From positions 2,576,824 through 2,640,823 of the forward strand of contig CP064979.1 of the NCBI GenBank assembly GCA_016699575.1: 64,000 bases of DNA. The letters run 5' to 3'. Below the pieces are notes generated by a model. That model saw only the letters and a list, made by a program, of their open reading frames with translations. It did no database searches and had not been told where the DNA came from. Below are positions 59,773 to 64,000 of this stretch, in pieces. The first letter of the stretch is position 1. Each line of letters starts with the position of its first letter. The stretch comes from Flavobacteriales bacterium. Lineage in GTDB: Bacteria; Bacteroidota; Bacteroidia; Flavobacteriales_F; PHOS-HE28. The translations under genes were made by a program, and so were the position numbers.

Positions 59773-60141
59773 ATGATCCAACAAGAATCCCGCCTGGCGG
59801 TGGCCGACAACAGCGGCGCCAAGGAAGTGCTCTGCATCCGCGTGCTCGGTGGCACCGCCCGCCGTTACGCATACATCGGCGACACCATCGTGGTGAGCAT
59901 CAAACATGCATTGCCCAACGGCACCGCCAAGAAGGGCACCGTGAGCAAGGCCGTGGTGGTGCGCACCAAGAAGGAGACGCGCCGCAAGGACGGCAGCTAC
60001 ATCCGCTTCGATGACAACGCCGTGGTGCTGCTCGATGCGGCCGGCGAGATGCGGGGCACCCGCATTTTCGGTCCGGTGGCCAAGGAGCTGCGCGAGAAGA
60101 AGTTCACCAAGATCATTTCGCTCGCACCCGAAGTACTCTGA
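59773..60141 (+). CDS. rplN: 50S ribosomal protein L14
   Basis: [19 protein letters not shown].. is uL14. Confidence 0.97.
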   Translation: MIQQESRLAVADNSGAKEVLCIRVLGGTARRYAYIGDTIVVSIKHALPNGTAKKGTVSKAVVVRTKKETRRKDGSYIRFDDNAVVLLDAAGEMRGTRIFGPVAKELREKKFTKIISLAPEVL

Positions 60142-60182
60142 TCGTTAAGGGCGGTGCGTGCACCGCACCAACAAGAGATCCC

Positions 60183-60503
60183 ATGAAGAAGACACACATC
60201 AAGAAAGGCGACCTGGTGAAGGTGCTGAGCGGTACCGAGCGCGGCAAGCAAGGCCGGGTGCTCGACGTGGACCGCACGGCCGACCGCGCCTTCGTGGAGG
60301 GCCTGAACCTGGTCTCCAAGCACAGCAAGCCCAACACGGCAAACCCGCAGGGCGGCATCGTGAAGCAGGAGGCGGCCATCCACCTGAGCAACCTCATGCT
60401 CATCGATCCCAAGAGCGGCGAAGCCACCCGTGTGGGCCGCAAGAAGGACAAGGACGGCAACCTCGTCCGTTACGCAAAACGCTCCGGCGCAACCATCCAG
60501 TGA
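60183..60503 (+). CDS. rplX: 50S ribosomal protein L24
   Basis: [17 protein letters not shown].. is uL24. Confidence 0.95.
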   Translation: MKKTHIKKGDLVKVLSGTERGKQGRVLDVDRTADRAFVEGLNLVSKHSKPNTANPQGGIVKQEAAIHLSNLMLIDPKSGEATRVGRKKDKDGNLVRYAKRSGATIQ

Positions 60504-61054
60504 TGAGCACCTACCAACCCCGCCTGAAGGAGAAGTACCGGGCCGAAGTGGCGCCGGCACTGAAGAAGGAGTTCAACTACACGAGCTCCATGCAGATCCC
60601 CCGCCTGATGAAGATCAGCGTGAACCAGGGATTGGGCAGCGCCGTCGGTGACAAGAAGCTCATCGAGAACGCGCAGACCGAGATGACCACCATCACGGGC
60701 CAGAAGGCCGTGCAGACGGTGAGCCGCAAGGACATCAGCAACTTCAAGTTGCGCAAAGGCATGCCCATCGGCGTGCGCGTAACACTGCGCGGCGACAAGA
60801 TGTACGAGTTCCTCGACCGCTTGATCAGCGTGAGCCTGCCCCGTACCCGCGACTTCCGCGGTGTGAAGCCCAGCGGCTTCGACGGAAACGGCAACTTCAC
60901 CTTCGGCGTGAAGGAGCAGATCATCTTCCCGGAGATCGACATCGACAAGACCCCGAAGATCCAAGGCATGGACATCACGTTCGTGACCTCGGCCCGTACG
61001 GACGAAGAAGCAAAAGCCCTATTGACCGCGTTCGGGATGCCGTTCGCCAAGTAA
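60503..61054 (+). CDS. rplE: 50S ribosomal protein L5
   Basis: [24 protein letters not shown].. is uL5. The ATG at 60503 overlaps the rplX stop (TGATG). The longer track ORF from 60158 is an artefact. Confidence 0.95.
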   Translation: MSTYQPRLKEKYRAEVAPALKKEFNYTSSMQIPRLMKISVNQGLGSAVGDKKLIENAQTEMTTITGQKAVQTVSRKDISNFKLRKGMPIGVRVTLRGDKMYEFLDRLISVSLPRTRDFRGVKPSGFDGNGNFTFGVKEQIIFPEIDIDKTPKIQGMDITFVTSARTDEEAKALLTAFGMPFAK

Positions 61055-61063
61055 GCGCAGACC

Positions 61064-61333
61064 ATGGCCAAAGAATCGATGAAAGCCCGCGAGCGCAAGC
61101 GCGCCCGCATGGTGGAACTGCACAAGGACAAGCGTGCAGCCCTGAAAGCAGCAGGCGATTGGGACGCGCTGCAGAAGATGCCCCGCAACGGCAGCTACGT
61201 GCGCATGCACAACCGTTGCCAGCTCACGGGCCGTCCCCGTGGCTACGTGCGCATCTTCGGCATCAGCCGGAACATGCTCCGCCAAATGGCCCTGGAAGGC
61301 AAGATCCCGGGCGTAACCAAGTGCAGCTGGTAA
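61064..61333 (+). CDS. rpsN: 30S ribosomal protein S14
   Basis: [17 protein letters not shown].. is uS14, the long 89-aa non-zinc form. Confidence 0.95.
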   Translation: MAKESMKARERKRARMVELHKDKRAALKAAGDWDALQKMPRNGSYVRMHNRCQLTGRPRGYVRIFGISRNMLRQMALEGKIPGVTKCSW

Positions 61334-61345
61334 GACCATAAGACC

Positions 61346-61741
61346 ATGACCGACCCCATTTCAGACTACCTGACCCGCTTGCGCAACGCCATCATGGCGC
61401 GCAAGAAGATCGTGGAGGTTCCCGCCAGCGGCCTGAAGAAGGACATCACGCGGATCCTGTACGACAAGGGCTACATCCTGAGCTGGAAGGCCGAGGACGA
61501 CGGCAAACAGGGCACCATCAAGATCGCCCTGAAGTACGATCGCGCCACGCGCCAGAGCGCCATCCGTGAGCTCTCCCGTGTGAGCTCGCCCGGCCTGCGC
61601 CAGTACAGCCATGTGCGCGAGCTGCCCCGCGTGATGAACGGCCTCGGTGTGGCCATCATCAGCACCAGCAAGGGCGTGATGACCGACAAGGAAGCCCGTC
61701 AATTGAACGTGGGCGGCGAAGTCCTCTGCTTCGTCAGCTGA
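61346..61741 (+). CDS. rpsH: 30S ribosomal protein S8
   Basis: MTDPISDYLTRLRNA.. is uS8. Confidence 0.97.
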   Translation: MTDPISDYLTRLRNAIMARKKIVEVPASGLKKDITRILYDKGYILSWKAEDDGKQGTIKIALKYDRATRQSAIRELSRVSSPGLRQYSHVRELPRVMNGLGVAIISTSKGVMTDKEARQLNVGGEVLCFVS

Positions 61742-61761
61742 TCCACAAAGAGCACAGTACC

Positions 61762-62316
61762 ATGTCACGCATTGGAAAAGCACCGATCAGCATCCCGAAA
61801 GGCGTGCAGATCAACATCAGCGACAAGAACCTGGTGACCGTCAAAGGTCCCAAGGGCACGCTGGTGCAGAGCGTCGACCCGACCATCACGGTGAAGGAAG
61901 AGGACGGCAGCATCAACGTGAGCCGCCCCAGCGACGCCAAGCCGCACCGGTCCATGCACGGTCTTTACCGTGCGCTCATCGCCAACATGGTGAAGGGCGT
62001 TACGGAAGGCTTCGTGATCGAGCAGGAACTGGTGGGCGTGGGTTACCGCGCCACCACCAAGGGCCAGCGCCTCGACCTGTCGTTGGGCTTCAGCCACAAC
62101 GTGGCGTTCGAACTGCCCAGCGAGATCAAGGTGACCGCCGCCCAGGAGAAAGGAAAGAACCCCATCATCCGCATGGAGAGCGCCGACAAGCAATTGTTGG
62201 GCGCCGTGGCTGCCAAGATCCGTGGCCTCCGCAAGCCTGAGCCGTACAAAGGCAAGGGTGTGCGCTTCGTGGGTGAGATCGTCCGCCGCAAAGCCGGTAA
62301 GGCCGCAGGCAAATAA
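61762..62316 (+). CDS. rplF: 50S ribosomal protein L6
   Basis: [15 protein letters not shown].. is uL6. Confidence 0.97.
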   Translation: MSRIGKAPISIPKGVQINISDKNLVTVKGPKGTLVQSVDPTITVKEEDGSINVSRPSDAKPHRSMHGLYRALIANMVKGVTEGFVIEQELVGVGYRATTKGQRLDLSLGFSHNVAFELPSEIKVTAAQEKGKNPIIRMESADKQLLGAVAAKIRGLRKPEPYKGKGVRFVGEIVRRKAGKAAGK

Positions 62317-62327
62317 GAGAACCGACC

Positions 62328-62681
62328 ATGGCAACGACCAAGACCATCCGCCGCGCCAAGATCAAGCGCCACATCCGCAAGCGCGTGAAGGGTACGCCCG
62401 AGCGCCCGCGGCTGAGCGTGTACCGCAGCAATGCCGATTTCTACGCGCAGATCATCAACGACGAAGAGGGCCGCACGCTCGTGAGCACCGGCAGCCTCAA
62501 GGACAAAAAGGCGCATGGTGCCAGCGGCATCGAGCAGGCCAAATTGGTGGGCGTGGCACTGGCCGAGAAGGCCAAGGCAGCGGGCATCGAAAAGGTGGTG
62601 TTCGATCGCAACGGTTACCTGTACCATGGCCGCGTGAAGGCCTTTGCCGACGCAGCACGCGAAGCCGGTCTCAACTTCTGA
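62328..62681 (+). CDS. rplR: 50S ribosomal protein L18
   Basis: uL18 family. Confidence 0.95.
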   Translation: MATTKTIRRAKIKRHIRKRVKGTPERPRLSVYRSNADFYAQIINDEEGRTLVSTGSLKDKKAHGASGIEQAKLVGVALAEKAKAAGIEKVVFDRNGYLYHGRVKAFADAAREAGLNF

Positions 62682-62691
62682 ACACAGCAAC

Positions 62692-63204
62692 ATGGCTGAC
62701 AGCAACAAAGTCAAGAGCAGCGACCTCGAACTGAAGGACAAGCTCGTAGCGCTGAACCGCGTCACCAAGGTGACCAAGGGCGGCCGCACCTTCACCTTCG
62801 CCGCCATCGTGGTGGTGGGGAACGAGAAAGGCGTGGTGGGCCACGGTCTTGGCAAGGCCAAGGAAGTGCAGGAGGCCATTGCCAAGGGCGTGGACGATGC
62901 CAAGAAGAACCTGGTGAAAGTCCCGGTCCGCAAAGGCACCATCCCCCACACACAAGAAGGGAAGTTCGCCGGTGCGAAAGTGCTGCTGAAGCCTGCCGCG
63001 CACGGTACCGGTGTTATCGCCGGTGGTGCCATGCGCGCCGTGCTGGAGAGCGTGGGCGTAACGGACGTTCTGGCCAAGAGCAAAGGCAGCAGCAACCCGC
63101 ACAACGTGGTGAAGGCCACGATCCAGGCCCTGCAGAGCCTGCGCGATGCGAACGCGGTGAGCACGCAGCGCGGTGTGGCGGTGGAACGCGTATTCAACGG
63201 ATGA
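62692..63204 (+). CDS. rpsE: 30S ribosomal protein S5
   Basis: [32 protein letters not shown].. is uS5. The ATG at 62692 is preferred over the track start. Confidence 0.95.
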   Translation: MADSNKVKSSDLELKDKLVALNRVTKVTKGGRTFTFAAIVVVGNEKGVVGHGLGKAKEVQEAIAKGVDDAKKNLVKVPVRKGTIPHTQEGKFAGAKVLLKPAAHGTGVIAGGAMRAVLESVGVTDVLAKSKGSSNPHNVVKATIQALQSLRDANAVSTQRGVAVERVFNG

Positions 63205-63235
63205 ACCGGTCGGTAACGGCCAACACGAGAACACG

Positions 63236-63415
63236 ATGAGCAAGTTGAAGATCACCCAGACCAAGAGCTGGATCAAGTGCCCGAAGCGCCAGAAGGACAC
63301 CCTCACGGGGTTGGGCCTGGGCCGCATCGGCCGCACGGTGGAGCACAATGCAACGCCGCAGATCCAAGGCATGGTGGCCAAAGTGGCGCACCTGGTGAAA
63401 GTCGAACAGCTCTGA
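63236..63415 (+). CDS. rpmD: 50S ribosomal protein L30
   Basis: MSKLKITQTKS.. is uL30, 59 aa. Confidence 0.9.
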   Translation: MSKLKITQTKSWIKCPKRQKDTLTGLGLGRIGRTVEHNATPQIQGMVAKVAHLVKVEQL

Positions 63416-63430
63416 TAAAGGAACCACGAG

Positions 63431-63877
63431 ATGGACCTCAGCAAGATCAAGCCCGCCAAGGGCGCGGTGAAGAGCAGCAAGCGCATCGGTCGCGGCCAAG
63501 GCAGCGGCAAGGGCGGCACCTCCACCAAGGGCCATAAGGGCCAGCAGAGCCGCAGCGGTTACAGCCGCAAGCGCGGTTTCGAGGGCGGCCAGATGCCCCT
63601 GCAGCGCCGTGTGCCGAAGTTCGGCTTCAGCAACCCCACGCGCATTGAGCACAAGGGCATCAACCTCGATGCACTGCAACTGCTCGTGGAGAAGAAAGGA
63701 CTGAAGGCCATCGACCCCGATGTGCTCCGCGCCAACGGCATCCTCGGCAAGAACGAGACGCTGAAAGTGCTGGGCCGCGGCGAAGTGAAAGGCGCATTGG
63801 ACGTGAAGGCCCATGCCTTCAGTGCAACGGCCAAAGCGGCCATCGAAGCGAAGGGCGGAAAAGCGGAGACGATCTGA
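63431..63877 (+). CDS. rplO: 50S ribosomal protein L15
   Basis: [30 protein letters not shown].. is uL15. Confidence 0.97.
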   Translation: MDLSKIKPAKGAVKSSKRIGRGQGSGKGGTSTKGHKGQQSRSGYSRKRGFEGGQMPLQRRVPKFGFSNPTRIEHKGINLDALQLLVEKKGLKAIDPDVLRANGILGKNETLKVLGRGEVKGALDVKAHAFSATAKAAIEAKGGKAETI

Positions 63878-63886
63878 ACCAGGCCA

Positions 63887-64000
63887 TGAAGAACCTGATC
63901 GCAACCATCAAGAACATCTGGCGCATCGAAGAGCTGCGCAACCGCATCCTCATTACCCTGGGGCTGCTCTTGGTGTACCGCATCGGCTCTTACATCGTGC
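63887..64000 (+). CDS. secY: Preprotein translocase SecY, 5' end (partial, runs off window)
   Basis: MKNLIATIKNIWRIEELRNRILITLGLLLVYRIGSYIV is the SecY N-terminus. The gene sits after rplO as usual. Confidence 0.85.

Overview
High-GC Bacteroidota chromosomal window; most codons end in G/C, T9SS C-terminal sorting domains are present, and no Shine-Dalgarno dependence is evident. Overall this is ordinary core-genome Bacteroidota sequence, and I did not find a recognisable known defence or biosynthetic system.

The 5' end carries rpsI(partial)-rpsB-tsf, then two adjacent T9SS cargo proteins, the first of which is broken by an in-frame TGA. These are followed by pyrH-frr, a radical SAM/SPASM gene, an MMPL/RND exporter, rfbA, a polyprenyl synthase, sucA-sucB, fabD, folE, a PTPS/QueD-like gene, the ADP-heptose epimerase hldD, a MerR regulator, tRNA-Ser(GGA), ansA, tatD, a GT9 heptosyltransferase, an acyl-CoA thioesterase, a HemJ-like membrane protein, a SPOR-domain protein, a small GIY-YIG protein, kdsB, a TonB-dependent receptor, dprA, a di-haem cytochrome c peroxidase, and a DUF4190/DUF2752 pair.

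The 3' third is the conserved str-S10-spc ribosomal operon block, rpsL-rpsG-fusA-rpsJ through rplO-secY (partial).

Four things stand out.

- About 2.6 kb of sharply AT-rich sequence (46613-49229) sits in this GC-rich genome. It holds two promoter-proximal ORFs, each followed by a ~130-bp imperfect palindromic, attC-like element.
- A ParE/RelE-antitoxin pair is bracketed by a ~265-bp direct duplication of the 3' end of a Fic-family gene. That Fic gene has Arg in place of the catalytic His in its motif.
- A 16-bp motif built around the palindrome CATGGGCCCATG occurs twice, in inverted orientation, in the tatD/heptosyltransferase divergent promoter region.
- A CAAG-rich repeat family forms a large imperfect palindrome between sucA and sucB, and recurs upstream of rpsL.

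Many long antisense ORFs in the six-frame track are artefacts of the GC-rich composition and were not called.
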